Positions 24,621-36,510 are shown, numbered from the whole stretch's first letter. The stretch: 63,471 nt of DNA, filler included, from Octopus bimaculoides (GCF_001194135.2; 6 parts of 4 records of this genome joined end to end with filler, not necessarily neighbours in it), one strand, 5' to 3'. Translations and numbers: made by a program. Notes: generated from the sequence alone by a model not told the origin.

Positions 24621-25674
24621 TTCAGCTGTAAATAATTTCCAGCAATACGTGGGCAGTTATCCTTGGAACAGACAAATATTCCATTCAAGGAGCGGTAGTT
24701 TTATTATCTCAGTCTTTTATACACCTTGGGAAATGGGTTAAGCTCCAGCCATTTGAGTCATAGGACACATGACAGACATAAGCCTGTATTATCTAATGTG
24801 CTCTTCCTTATTTAAGATAGTATGATGTAATTTGAGAGTTATTCGGTTACTATTTCCCACAGATACAATGGTCAAAGCGTGGGCTTCTTGTTAACTTTAA
24901 AAAGTAATGAAAAAATAGCAGTTTCGTGTGTGAATAAGAATTGAGCTCAGAAACAATCAGTTTATGAAATCACTATCAATCATCAATTCTAAAATGTTGT
25001 TGCTGCTTACAACAGCAAATTATGTCACCCTCACTGACAATTTTGGGGTTGGTTGTATCATTATTACTGATAAGAGCTAATTTATCTTGGCCTTGAAACA
25101 CAACACAGGATCATCAAGTTATGGCTGGCTGGCTGGTTGGCTGGTTGGTTGGTTGGTTGGATAGAAAAATGGATGGTTAATTGTCTGTTTCTGAATTATC
25201 CCCTCATTAATCCTGCCAACCTCAACCTATGATCACAGTAAAGGTTAAAGGCTAAAATTGAGTGATGAATGAAAAGATTTGCCAGTAATTTACCCTTTAT
25301 TCACTTCCATCAGGCATCATGTAAACAAATGTCCTTGGTATATGAATAATGTTCAAAATTTAGGCCAACTTTTACAAAAGATGTGAGCACAAATAAACAC
25401 CTAAAAAAAACACGATGAGATCGTGTTCTCTTTTTTTTTTAAATTTATTTATTTATTTGTTTTGCTTTGTCTGTCCCCTACCCCCACTCCCTGTCTTGTC
25501 TGAAAGGACATAAAAATAATGTACTATTATCAGTGTTATTATCAGTTATATATTATCAAGGTATAAAGGATGGCAGAAATGGTAGAAGGCCCAGGTCAGC
25601 TCTGGTCAAGCTGTCCTATGACAACCATGTAGTCGACTGACCTACAGATCAATCTTTCTAATATTTTCTTTGTT

Positions 25675-26217
25675 TAAGGCGGTGAGCTGGCAGAAACGTT
25701 AGCATGCCAGGCGAAATACTTAGCGGTATTTCGTCTGCCACTATGTTCTGAGTTCAAATTACGCCGAGGTCAACTTTGCCTTTCATCCTTTCAGAGTTGA
25801 TAAATTAAGTATCAGTTGCATACTGGGGTCGATCTAATCAACTGGTCCTCTCCCTTAAAATTTTGGTCCTTGTACCTAAAGTAGAAAAGAATATTTTTTT
25901 TTACGTTCCCAGTTCCAATTCCGCTGAAGTCAACTTTACATTTCATCCTTTCGAGGTTGATAAATTAAGTACCAGTTGTGTACTGAGGTCTATCTAATCA
26001 ACTGGTCCCCTCCCCCAAAATTTCAGACCTTGTGCCTAGAGTAGAAAAGTATATTCTTTTTTTTTACATTCAGAGTTCAAATTCTGCCGAGGTCGACTTT
26101 GCCTTTCATTCTCTCAGGGTCGATAAATTAAGTACCAGTTGCATCCTGGGGTCAGTCTAATCGACTGACCCCACTCCCCAAAAATTTGGGGCTTTATGCC
26201 TTGAGTAGTAAAGAATA
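25675..26217 (+). mobile_element. Three head-to-tail SINE family B copies, two of them 5'-truncated
   Basis: The unit gagttcaaatt...cctttcatcctttc...aagtaccag...gtagaaaagaat is repeated, starting at about 25675, 25905 and 26066. Confidence 0.88.
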
Positions 26218-26809
26218 TTTCTATTTTCTGGAACGTAAGTATGTCACTACTAGTTAACCAGCCGATGTTTTTACATTAGAGACTCTGTATCATTCTAATT
26301 AAGTAATTTAGAAATGAGATAATTAATAGCTTTATGGCATTGTACATAACATAATGGCTTTACTTGTATATGAGTAATAGCTTAGTCAATGTTATTCATC
26401 AACTTCTAAGCTCTCGTCTCGTTAGCATTTTATTTACATAATTTCCTAGTATCAGTTATTGAAATATTGATGTTGCTTTTGTCATCAGGTGAAACTATGC
26501 CAGGTGTAATATGTGCAGGAAAGCTTATACATGTGTGTGTGTGTGTGTGTGTACATATATATGTATGTATCGAGATATCTGGTACCTTGCTGTACTCAAG
26601 AAAACCTGTCTGCCACAGCAAAATTGATACTGGTGTTGGTTCTACATGAAAAACATTCATGCTGGTGCCACATTAAAAGCACTAGTGCTGGTGCAACATA
26701 AAGTAGATGACTTTAGTTGTGGCTGACACCAGTGCCACCTGACTGGCACCTGTGCTGGTGGCATGTAAAAAGCACCATTCAAGCGTGGGTCAATGCCAGT
26801 GCTGCCCGA

Positions 26810-27426
26810 CAGAGATCTTGACAGACTTCAATACAATGTTCTTGCTGCTCAGTGGTCAGCAGATGGGGGACAAACTTGGCAGAGACGTGCCACATGTTCA
26901 ACTCAGACATTAAGATTGCTTGCACTGACCCATACGACAGACCAAAAACATCAGCAATGTCATTGATTGTCCCTTTATGATCCTCATGCACAAGCTGATG
27001 AATTTTCGTTCCATTTCCAGGGATGGCACTCATGGCAGATGTTCCAGATCACTCAGCGTCTTCCAGAGACATTCTTTCTCTTTTGAAGCTCCTGTGCCAC
27101 CTGAAACATTGCATACGATCCATTGCCATGTCACCGTAAGCTTGCCGAAGCATACTTAATGTCTCTGTAGTAGGCTTTCCAAGTTTATCGCAAAATTTCA
27201 CGTTGCCTCTTTGTTCCAACTTCCTGTCCATGACAAGAATCACAGGCTACAACATACATCTGATCACAAAATCATCAATTTCACAACCTGTGAAGTAAAC
27301 ACAGCAATGTCACTCAGCACACTGTCTCATAAAAGTCACTGCTAGCACTCACTGCACATGCAACTGTGTGCTGCCATCTGTTGGCATGCTACAGAACTAG
27401 TTCAAAAACTTTTTGATACCACCTCT
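26810..27426 (-). mobile_element. Mariner (Tc1/mariner) relic: one TIR plus 5' transposase pseudogene
   Basis: TA plus TIR-like agaggtggtatcaaaaagtttttgaac at about 27400-27428. Minus ORFs LEQRGNVKFCDKLGKPTTETLSMLRQAYGD...FRWHRSFK and INDIADVFGLSYGSVQAILMSELNMWHVSAKFVPHLLT match the mariner HTH domains and the WVPHxL-equivalent motif. Confidence 0.9.
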
Positions 27427-27430
27427 TATA

Positions 27431-27431
27431 T

Positions 27432-27475
<44 letters not shown>

Positions 27476-27990
27476 TGTTTAACATCTGCTTTCCATGCTG
27501 ACATGGGTTGGACGGTTCGACTGGGGACTGGTGAGCCAGATGGCTGCACCAGGCTCCAATCTGATCTGGCATAGTTTCTACAGCTGGATGCCCTTCCTAA
27601 TGCCAACCACTCTGAGAGTGTAGTGGGTGCTTTTACGTGTCACCAGCATGAGGGCCAGTCGGTGGTACTGACAACAGCCATACTCAAATGGTGTTTTTAC
27701 GTGTCACCTGCATAGGAGCCAGTCCATCAGCACTGGCAATGCCCTTGCTTGAATGTTGTTTTTCACATACCACCGGTACAAGTGCCAGTAAGGCGACGCT
27801 GGTAACGATCATGNNNNNNNNNNGGTACAAGTGCCAGTAAGGCGACGCTGGTAACGATCATGCTCGAATGGTGCTTTTTTACGTGCCACAGGCATGGGGG
27901 CCAGTCAGTGGCCCTGGCAACGATCATACTCAGATGGTGCTCTTAGCGCTCCACTAGCACAGATGCCAGTCATGTAGTGCTGTCATCGAA
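27431..27990 (-). mobile_element. Non-autonomous retroposon with (TGA)n tail and internal tandem subrepeats
   Basis: (CAT)n at 27433-27474, then ctggatgcccttcctaatgccaacc and repeated ttttacgtg(t/c)cac units. An opposite-orientation fragment lies at about 26640-26810. Confidence 0.7.
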
Positions 27991-28274
27991 TTTGATATAT
28001 ATATATATATATATATAGTCCATTTTTTGTATTATAGTGCATTGTTGTACCATTAAAAACTTTTTATTCTTTATATGGCCTGGCCATCCTCTCCCCTACC
28101 TTTGGGTAGCGCATTAAGTTTGAGAAATGTTTGCAGGTTGTAGGTACTGTTTTGCTTATGAATTCTTCCAATTGCAAGTTTTCTTTTCAGGTACACGACA
28201 CTGCTTTTCCCCTTCCCAGGCTACAGGCCCNNNNNNNNNNNNNNNNNNNNNNNNNNNNNNNNNNNNNNNNNNNN

Positions 28275-28286
28275 TTAATTAATTAA
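28275..28286. other. Artificial TTAATTAATTAA spacer inside N gaps, also at 35916, 45848, 55978 and 61244
   Basis: Each is an identical 12-mer centred in an N run (44 N + 12 + 44 N = 100 at this site) and places stops in all six frames. Confidence 0.95.
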
Positions 28287-28413
28287 NNNNNNNNNNNNNN
28301 NNNNNNNNNNNNNNNNNNNNNNNNNNNNNNATATACACTATATACTATATATATGTGTGTGTGTATGTGTGTGTGTGTGTGTTCGTATATGTGTGAATGT
28401 GTATCCAGACAGG

Positions 28414-28474
<61 letters not shown>

Positions 28475-28757
28475 GGATGGATAGATACATAGATAGCTAG
28501 GCAGGAAGCGAGGCATGAGAGACAGAAAGAGTGATACATCTATGTATACACGTGACTGTGCTAATACAGAGTGGGATGTAGCTACGTGAGCATAAATGTT
28601 TCGGAGTAAAGAGCTACAAGCATGTGGGCTGAATAATGGTGTGTGAAAGAGTAAGCTTATACAGAGCATATTGACGGGAGTGGTTTGTACTTGATGATCG
28701 TCACCACAAAAGATGAAACAAAATCGCTGTCGTCATTCTGCATGCGGGGTTGATGAA

Positions 28758-28823
<66 letters not shown>

Positions 28824-28934
28824 CACACACATATGTATGAGAATAAGAAATAGAAAATCTTTCGTACAGTATTATATATTTGAAAAAATGAATAGAAATA
28901 CTTTTCTGATAATTTTTTCCTCTTTAATCTATAT

Positions 28935-29270
28935 ATATAAAACTGAGAATATGTGTGTGAGTGTGTGTGTGTGCGTGTGTGTGTGTGTGTAGGTGTGTGT
29001 GTGTGTATCCGTCTGTCTGTTTGTCCGTCTATATTTATGCATCACTAAAACTCGAGAACTACCCAACTGCTTTCATTCAACTTTTACACATGCCTTACTT
29101 AGGGTCCATGCAGTGTCATGGGCCCAAAAAGTTTTCAACTTCTTACCTAATATGAACCCAGAGCAATCTCTTATCTCTTACCCTATTTCAAAATTGCGTG
29201 TCAAAAATGTAACAATAACATCTCTATTGTAATATGAGATAATACTTTCAGTTTTAACAGTTTCACTACA
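28935..29270. mobile_element. Helentron/HINE-like non-autonomous element
   Basis: tatataaaactgagaat, then (GT)n and tccgtctgtctg, then aaaactcgagaactac: the typical HINE 5' layout. Confidence 0.4.
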
Positions 29271-29327
29271 TATATGTATGTTAGTTTAATTTCCATTAGC
29301 CTCACTATGTATTAATATACGTTTGTA

Positions 29328-29368
<41 letters not shown>

Positions 29369-29389
29369 CGTCAAGTATATTTGCCACTT

Positions 29390-29620
29390 AAATGCGGCTA
29401 AACCCTAAGGGTGAATGTTACCGTTGCTTTTAGCCCCAGGAGAACATCTCCTCCAGCTGGCTATTGACACACATCTCTGCTCTGTCGGTATTTGCAAAGG
29501 GAAGTTATCCTTCCCATCTTGATCTGACGTGATACGCACGGACTCGAGTTTCTGGTTATTCACCCTTCGTCAGCGACGAAGGGTAAATGTTTATACCTCG
29601 TTCAGAGATTTAACATTGCT
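29390..29620 (-). mobile_element. Penelope-like terminal-repeat fragment carrying a hammerhead ribozyme motif
   Basis: The minus strand reads CTGACGA-agggtgaataacca-GAA-ACTCGAGT-C at about 29541-29573. Confidence 0.6.
29535..29578 (-). ncRNA. Minimal hammerhead ribozyme motif (palindromic stem III, GUC site)
   Basis: Canonical CUGACGA and GAAA cores, stem II GGU/ACC, self-complementary ACUCGAGU, then C. Stem I is only about 2 bp. Confidence 0.6.
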
Positions 29621-30009
29621 TATATGTATATATATATATCTGTATATAAAATTAGCAGAATGAGATAAAAATCCAAGGCTGTGACAGATTTCAGGACATT
29701 TATAAATAGGTCNNNNNNNNNNNNNNNNNNNNNNNNNNNNNNNNNNNNNNNNNNNNNNNNNNNNNNNNNNNNNNNNNNNNNNNNNNNNNNNNNNNNNNNN
29801 NNNNNNNNNNNNNNNNNNNNNNNNNNNNNNNNNNNNNNNNNNNNNNNNNNNNNNNNNNNNNNNNNNNNNNNNNNNNNNNNNNNNNNNNNNNNNNNNNNNN
29901 NNNNNNNNNNNNNNNNNNNNNNNNNNNNNNNNNNNNNNNNNNNNNNNNNNNNNNNNNNNNNNNNNNNNNNNNNNNNNNNNNNNNNNNNNNNNNNNNNNNN
30001 NNNNATATA

Positions 30010-30051
<42 letters not shown>

Positions 30052-30144
30052 GGTATGTATGTATATATATATATCTGTATATAAAATTAGCAGAATGAGA
30101 TAAAAATCCAAGGCTGTGACAGATTTCAGGACATTTATAAATAG

Positions 30145-30193
30145 GTCTTACAGCTGTTTCCAGGATATTTTTTTATATCCCTTCATCGGAGAC
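30145..30193 (-). ncRNA. Minimal hammerhead ribozyme motif (palindromic stem III, GUA site) in a Penelope-like repeat
   Basis: The minus strand reads GTCT-CCGATGA-ag-GGATAT-a6-ATATCC-tg-GAA-ACAGCTGT-A-AGAC. All three stems are present and the core has U4 to C. Confidence 0.7.
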
Positions 30194-31744
30194 GGTGTGA
30201 GAAAATGGTTAAGCAATATTTATTCTAGATAAGATATGAGATAGAGAGTCAAATGAAAATAAACATGAGATATGCAGGGATATTGTTTCTTCAGTTCCAT
30301 TATTTAGGCAGAATCGTATACATAGAAGATTCCTCTACTTTGTGATTAAGTTCCAATAGTATTTAAAATTGGTCATTCCAAGCATAGAGTTTGCAAATAG
30401 TGTTATTGTATCGAAGGTTTCAATCCCTCGATTCAATAACCTTAATCTGGACCGATAACCATGAGAGTAGAATAGTGCACAAGGAGTGAGGTGACAATTC
30501 AACTGAATAAATGTCATATATTCGAAGAGCAGCTAAAGTGGAGCGAACTTGGTTCCTTTCACTATGTATGTACTCCAGAGATAACAAAGACTATCGTTCA
30601 TTAATAACTTATCATGAGTACTGATCGTTAAATCGATAACTATCCACTAATTGTCTGGTCATCAAAACAAATTTTCCTTGAGCAGTAAAATAGGTTGCAG
30701 GTCACATGCTTAGTCAGTGTTTCATCACAAGCGTAACAGCATGTTTACTATTTTTTCAAACTGAGTTACATTGCTAGGAATTATGTCGCCTTTCGTAATA
30801 TGTTTACAAAATTAAATATTAGAAAGTGCAACTTAACACAAAATAGTTGATACACATTTCCAAATACAAATCTTTCTACATGCATCTTTCTCGAATTTCA
30901 CCAAATGTACTATTCAAAAATTTCTTACTGCTTCTACAAACGTAATATGTTTCAAAATATTCGTACAGTATACTGAACAGACTCTTGAAAGAACATAAAG
31001 AATTGATTTGAAAAATATTGCATGAAATAAGATAACAAGGCTCTTCCCAAAAATATGATTTCACACTGCCAATAATTTTGGTACAGTGGAAACTGAAATT
31101 AAGAAGCCGTAGCAGAAACCACTGAACAAAGTTGACATTAGTTAATGTTTTAAGTGAGGGTGGTAATATCAGGTAATGGTTTTACTCATATGATGTGAAC
31201 CTCAAAAATGAAAACCTATCAAAATGAGAGTAGTAACGTGCATATGAGGAGGATGAAGGCCAAAACGGAACATGAAACTGAGACACAAACGGAACATATG
31301 AACTGAGACACAAAATTCTTAATAGAAGGTCTCAAAGCTATTTTTATAACTTTCGAGGATAAAAAGTAGATGATAATGGAAATAGAGCAGAATATGAAGC
31401 GAATAGCACAGGTCAAAAAACAAACTTAAAATGCTTTCAGGTGATAAAAGATCATGCTCAAAGAGAAGAAAGAAAAAGTTTATTTTGTAACATTAAAAAT
31501 AATGAATACTTTTAAATTCTTTTTCTTTTTCTTTTTTTTGCATATAGTGATGAAGGTCAATAATCACATGAGACCTTGTCCAATGCATTTATTTACTTCT
31601 TTCTATCTATCGATTTTCATATGCCCTTTTCCATAAAATATTCAAAACGTTAGATATTTAGTAATTTCAAAGTCTCAACATCAATCTGAACATTTACATG
31701 TATTCGAATAGTGCATTGGTCAATGTTCCACGAGTTAACCCACT

Positions 31745-31776
<32 letters not shown>

Positions 31777-31879
31777 CATATATAGGGAGAATTCACAAAA
31801 AAAACCCCCAAAAGACGAAAACAGGTGGTGTAGACAACAAACAGATGTATTAGTATAACGCTCGGGAAGTGAATAAGTC

Positions 31880-31915
31880 TTTAACGTTTCGAGCCTACGC
31901 TCTTCCACAGACAGG
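31880..31915 (-). ncRNA. Degenerate hammerhead-like motif in a Penelope-like repeat (about 31790-32030)
   Basis: The minus strand reads cctgt-CTGTGGA-a-GAGC-gtag-GCTC-GAA-ACGT-T-aaag. The core deviates from CUGANGA. Confidence 0.4.
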
Positions 31916-32513
31916 AACACAGAAAGAAACAAGGACAGAAACAAGGAGAGAAAAAAATGAATGAGTAGTGGCTAGCGATCTATCATGGCGAATGCCGGAC
32001 ACACAGGAGAGCTAGAAAGAGGGAAGAAGGGATATATATATATAATGTATATATATAATTAAAAAACACAAGTCCTGTGAAATACAGCTAGCCAGGGTCT
32101 CCTGATTGAAACATTAATTAATTTCGCCATTTTTCTAGCTAAGAAAGAGATTGTTTTTCAGTTGCTTTTTTAAGCAGATGACATTTGAACAAGTGACGCC
32201 CATAAGGAAGAAGACAAAAATGAAAATCACTAGGTTTATGACTAAAGTATCAAAAGTATGTAAACAAGATATTAAGTGTTTATGATGTGTCTAGTAGCCT
32301 ATTTTAAAATTCCGATAAGATGTATTTTAATAAAATAATGAAACTGAGACACAAACAGCAGAATTCTAAGTAGAATGTCTGAAAGAGCGTGAACATAAAG
32401 AAACCTTGGATAGAAACATTTCACAAATTGACTAATAATAAAAGAGTGGAATTGAATCAGTGCCTGTGTTATTAATATTGACAGAATGACTCAACAAAAA
32501 CACTACAAAATAT

Positions 32514-32584
<71 letters not shown>

Positions 32585-33200
32585 GCCTTTGGTGCTTATT
32601 GTTGGTTGAGGCTCGTGTTTAGTGGTAAGGGTGATGCATTCATAATCGTAAGATTGTGGTTTCCATCCCTGGACCGGGTGATGCGCTGTATGTTTGAGCA
32701 AAACGGTTCTTTATGTAGCAAAAGTTTCAATTGTAAGATCAAATATTTAGTGGTATTTCGTTTGTCGCTACGTTCGGAGTTCAAATTCCACCGAGGTCAA
32801 CTTTGCCTTTCATCCTTTCGGGGTCGATAAATCAAGTACCAGTTGAGTATTGGGGTAGATGTAAAATACTATTCCCCTCCCCCAAACTTCAGGCCTTGTG
32901 CCTATAGTAGAAAGGATTATTAATCTCTACTGTGGTCTTGTGTACTCTTTTCCGATAATCAAGAACAAAACAAAAGACATCCAAGGTCCTTCTCGAATCA
33001 TAGACTCACAAGTCCGGCTTACCAGATTCTGTAGCAATCCTTCGCAGGGTTACTCCTTTTTGCTAGCTGAGGAGTCAAAAGAAGCGTATGGCTCAAAACA
33101 GTTTGATTCAAATTCGTTGGTAATTTTGAGTTTCAAGCGCGATGCTAGTTGTCAGCCATTTTGAATTTGAATGACAGAAGTTCATTCAAATTCAAAATGG

Positions 33201-33712
33201 CTCGAGAAGACCAAGGTGATTGTGAGTGGGGTGGAAGGAGAAGTGTTAGTGGGTAAGGCGAATCTATATGGTGTATGTGAGAGGAGGGTAATGGAAAATG
33301 CAGTGTTGTGTACGATATGTGAGAAATGGATTCATGGTAGGTGTACGAAAATGAAGTAAGTGACCCCCAAGAATGACAAGAGAGTTTTATTTGTGGAAGA
33401 TGTGAGAAAGGGACTGAAGGGCTAGCAAAGTCAGTGGAAACACTATGTGATGAGGTGGAAACAGTGAGAGGATTTTGTTATTTGGGAGATAGGGTGGATG
33501 TAAGTGGAAGATGTGAAGCAGCTGTAACAGCAACAGCGAGACTTACCTGCTTGAAATTCAGGGAGTGTGGAGAGTTGTTATATAGGAAAGGGTTTTCATT
33601 GAAGACAAAAGGAAAGGTCTGTAGGAGTCGTGTGAGAGCTGCAATGTTGTATGGGAGTGAGACATGGTGTTTGAGAGAGAGATGGCAATTTTGAGAAGGA
33701 CTGAGAAAACAA
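33201..33712 (+). mobile_element. RTE-clade LINE fragment with PHD-like zinc finger and RT thumb
   Basis: Reads KTKVIV...GVCERRVMENAVLCTICEKWIHGRC, then FCYLGDRV...KFREC...KGKVCRSRVRAAMLYGSETW, with a stop and frameshifts. Confidence 0.9.
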
Positions 33713-34337
33713 TGTATATATATATATATATNNNNNNNNNNNNNNNNNNNNNNNNNNNNNNNNNNNNNNNNNNNNNNNNNNNNNNNNNNNNNNNNNNNNN
33801 NNNNNNNNNNNNNNNNNNNNNNNNNNNNNNNNNNNNNNNNNNNNNNNNNNNNNNNNNNNNNNNNNNNNNNNNNNNNNNNNNNNNNNNNNNNNNNNNNNNN
33901 NNNNNNNNNNNNNNNNNNNNNNNNNNNNNNNNNNNNNNNNNNNNNNNNNNNNNNNNNNNNNNNNNNNNNNNNNNNNNNNNNNNNNNNNNNNNNNNNNNNN
34001 NAGATTACCAACTTTCTTTTAAATAGACTTAACTGTGTATCGTCCGATTTCGCGATTACTAGAATGAATCTAGATTTCGTTCATCAGCACAATATTGTCC
34101 CAAAAATATATATAAATAAACAGAATTCTCACCTCACCAAAAACGAACAACTACGTATCCGACAGAGTAAAGGGAATGAAGTTTATCTGTATATATCTTC
34201 ATCAAAGAAGCGGGAAATACTTCCGGGTTGTTTTTTGGGTACCCATGTGGAGACAGGAATAAAAAATTCAACATTGAATGTATTCCGTGTATATATTTGA
34301 TAAGTAAATTAAAAAAAGGATAAAACTCTTTTACAAG

Positions 34338-34509
34338 AATTTTATCAAGAAGCCATTACGTAGTGAATGTTCCACTATGCGGAGAATAAAGCGCGTTCTA
34401 GCTGCTCTGTACCAGTTCGTTAATGCATGGGCACCTGGAGCCATTACTGAAAACATTGAACATGCTGAACAGCAATTCATCTCAGATTTTGTACGAGTGT
34501 CGGAAATAG
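34338..34509 (+). CDS. Weak candidate exon, product unknown
   Basis: ctcttttacaag acceptor, ATAG|gtgcgt donor, phase 0-1. Only one frame is open: NFIKKPLRSECSTMRRIKRVLAALYQFVNAWAPGAITENIEHAEQQFISDFVRVSEI. No domain recognised. Confidence 0.22.
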
Positions 34510-34607
34510 GTGCGTGTATGTGTGCGTGTTTGTATAACTGTGTTTGTGTGTGTATGTGTGTGTGCATGTATGTTTATGTATACATATGTATATATATATA
34601 TATATAT

Positions 34608-34670
<63 letters not shown>

Positions 34671-35029
34671 TGCCTTTCTTGTAAGCAATCTAATTGATCG
34701 AGGAGTCAAATTAACCCCTTACTCATGCTCGTTATATTTACAATTAGAAAGCGTTGTAAAGTTGTAGGCGTACCTGCTTCAGTTGTCAACTGAATATCGT
34801 TATTTGTGGTTTGTCAGAGGAGTAGCTAAGTGCAGAATGTGTGCGTACTTATAAAAAGTAACATATGGCGTAAATAATCAACCAGTTAGGTGTTGGAAAG
34901 GAAACTTACAGCATTATAAGAGCCTATCAGGAACGCTAACTGTCACGTTTAATTATGATTAAGTTCAGCAATAGTTATTGTATCTCCCTCCTTCTCTCTG
35001 TCTTTATCTCTGTTTCTTTTCCTCTTTCT

Positions 35030-35248
35030 CCATCTCTGTCTGTCTCTCTCTCTCGCCTTCTCTCTCTCTCTCACCTTCTCTCTCTCTCTCGCCTTCTCTC
35101 ACTCGCCTTCTCTCTCTCTCGCCTTCTCTCTCTCTCTCTCTCGCCTTCTCTCTCTCTCTCACTCGCCTTCTCTCTCTCTCTCGCCTTCTCTCTTTCTCGC
35201 CTTCTCTCTCTCTCTCGCCTTCTATCTCTCTCTCTCGCCTTCTCTCCC

Positions 35249-35291
<43 letters not shown>

Positions 35292-35295
35292 TTCT
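35030..35295. repeat. (CT)n-derived minisatellite
   Basis: The unit (ct)n-cgccttct is repeated about 10 times. Confidence 0.9.
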
Positions 35296-35531
35296 TTCTC
35301 TCGAGTGTCTCCGATTCTCAGTTCGGTTAAGATACTGCATGTTATGTGTTTATACTTGTTTGAAATCTAAGTTTCACTATATATGTGTGCTTGTGTGTGT
35401 GTGAATTTATATATTTTATACTGTGAAACTTAATTTAATTTTAACTTTTGATAAATTGAATTTAATTGAGCTTTTACCTGTAAATTTGGATTTTTATCCG
35501 TAATATATATATATGTATATATATATATATC

Positions 35532-35815
35532 TCAGTAGCAAATTTCCTAGATGTAACATTAGATATGAAGAATAAAACATAGACCATACCACAAACCCCT
35601 AACAAACCTACAGTATATAAGTAAATCAAGTAACCATCCTAGGGCTATAATAGAAAATCTAGTAAAAAATATATCTTTAAGACTCTCCAAACTATCTGCT
35701 AACAATAGGGTAATTAATAATGAAGCTAATTTCTATAATGCAGCACTAAATAAGGCAGGATATAAAGAAAGGGTCTCCTATATTGAAAATGGTAGCAAAG
35801 GAATTGAAACAACTG
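35532..35815 (+). mobile_element. Penelope-like element RT C-terminal fragment
   Basis: NFLDVTLD then, after a frameshift, RPYHKP..LQYISKSSNHPRAIIENLVKNISLRLSKLS...FYNAALNKAGY, running into in-frame (AAC/AAT)n. Confidence 0.85.
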
Positions 35816-35835
35816 ACAACAACAACAACAACAAC

Positions 35836-35871
<36 letters not shown>

Positions 35872-36384
35872 NNNNNNNNNNNNNNNNNNNNNNNNNNNNN
35901 NNNNNNNNNNNNNNNTTAATTAATTAANNNNNNNNNNNNNNNNNNNNNNNNNNNNNNNNNNNNNNNNNNNNATATATATATATATATATATATAACTTAT
36001 GCATATTCATATGTACACATATTTAGGAACATATATCTATATAGAAAGAAATGTTAAATTTAATTTTCAATATAATATATTCGATGTAAATGCTATAAAA
36101 CACTAGTTCTGTTTCGTATTAAAACATTAAACTGTGTACATATATTTGAAGTTACTGGCTTAACATATCTCACAATATTGAGTAATAAATATAAGCAAAA
36201 ATGAAATATAACGACTTCAATAATATGAACAGATTTTTCGTTCTCAAAAATCTTGAAAACTGTTGGTACGTAACGCAAATTACATAAGCTATCGAAAAAT
36301 GATCTTCGAATGTCATATATTGATAATCATGTATCGATAATCAATATATAATATATACACACGCAAAAATATATATCTATATAT

Positions 36385-36510
36385 ATGACGAAGGCTGGAG
36401 GGTATATCAGCCGAAACGTTGTGTTAACAACAAACAAGATGAGGACAGATATCCGTCAAATGTAAATAATGTAAATAATGTAAATAATTCCTCATCTCTT
36501 AAATATAGAA
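36385..36510 (+). mobile_element. Penelope-like terminal-repeat fragment with a 5'-truncated hammerhead motif
   Basis: (a)TGACGA-a-GGCTG-gagggtatat-CAGCC-GAA-ACGT-T, followed by (aatgtaaat)n. C3 and the 5' stem I strand are replaced by (TA)n. Confidence 0.55.

Noticed and set aside
27775-27861. 39-bp exact duplication across a 10-N gap
   Set aside because: Probable assembly overlap within a tandemly repetitive retroposon.
23567-27990. Repeat-spacer-like arrays (tandem SINEs, ttttacgtgccac units)
   Set aside because: These are eukaryotic retroposon repeats with irregular spacing and no cas genes, so they are not CRISPR.
28275-28286. TTAATTAATTAA 12-mer recurring five times
   Set aside because: Always centred in N runs, so it is assembler padding with six-frame stops rather than a biological motif.
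29621-30148. About 90-bp direct repeat on both sides of the gap at 29713-30004
   Set aside because: Identical sequence flanking a gap next to (TA)n is most likely an unmerged contig overlap.
30690-31420. Possible decayed transposase-like region with short tandem repeats
   Set aside because: No catalytic or family motif could be read confidently in any frame.
34064-34092. Minus-strand CTGATGA-ac-GAA-ATCTAGAT-T hammerhead-like string
   Set aside because: There is no stem II (only 2 nt) and no PLE context, so it is probably chance.
34064-34300. ORF with loose Ig-like look (IYINK...GNEVYLYIS...GCFLG...STLNVF), and similar KVTYGVNNQPVRCW...TLTVT at about 34859-34947
   Set aside because: Splice sites are poor or phase-incompatible with neighbouring candidates, so I cannot support them as exons.
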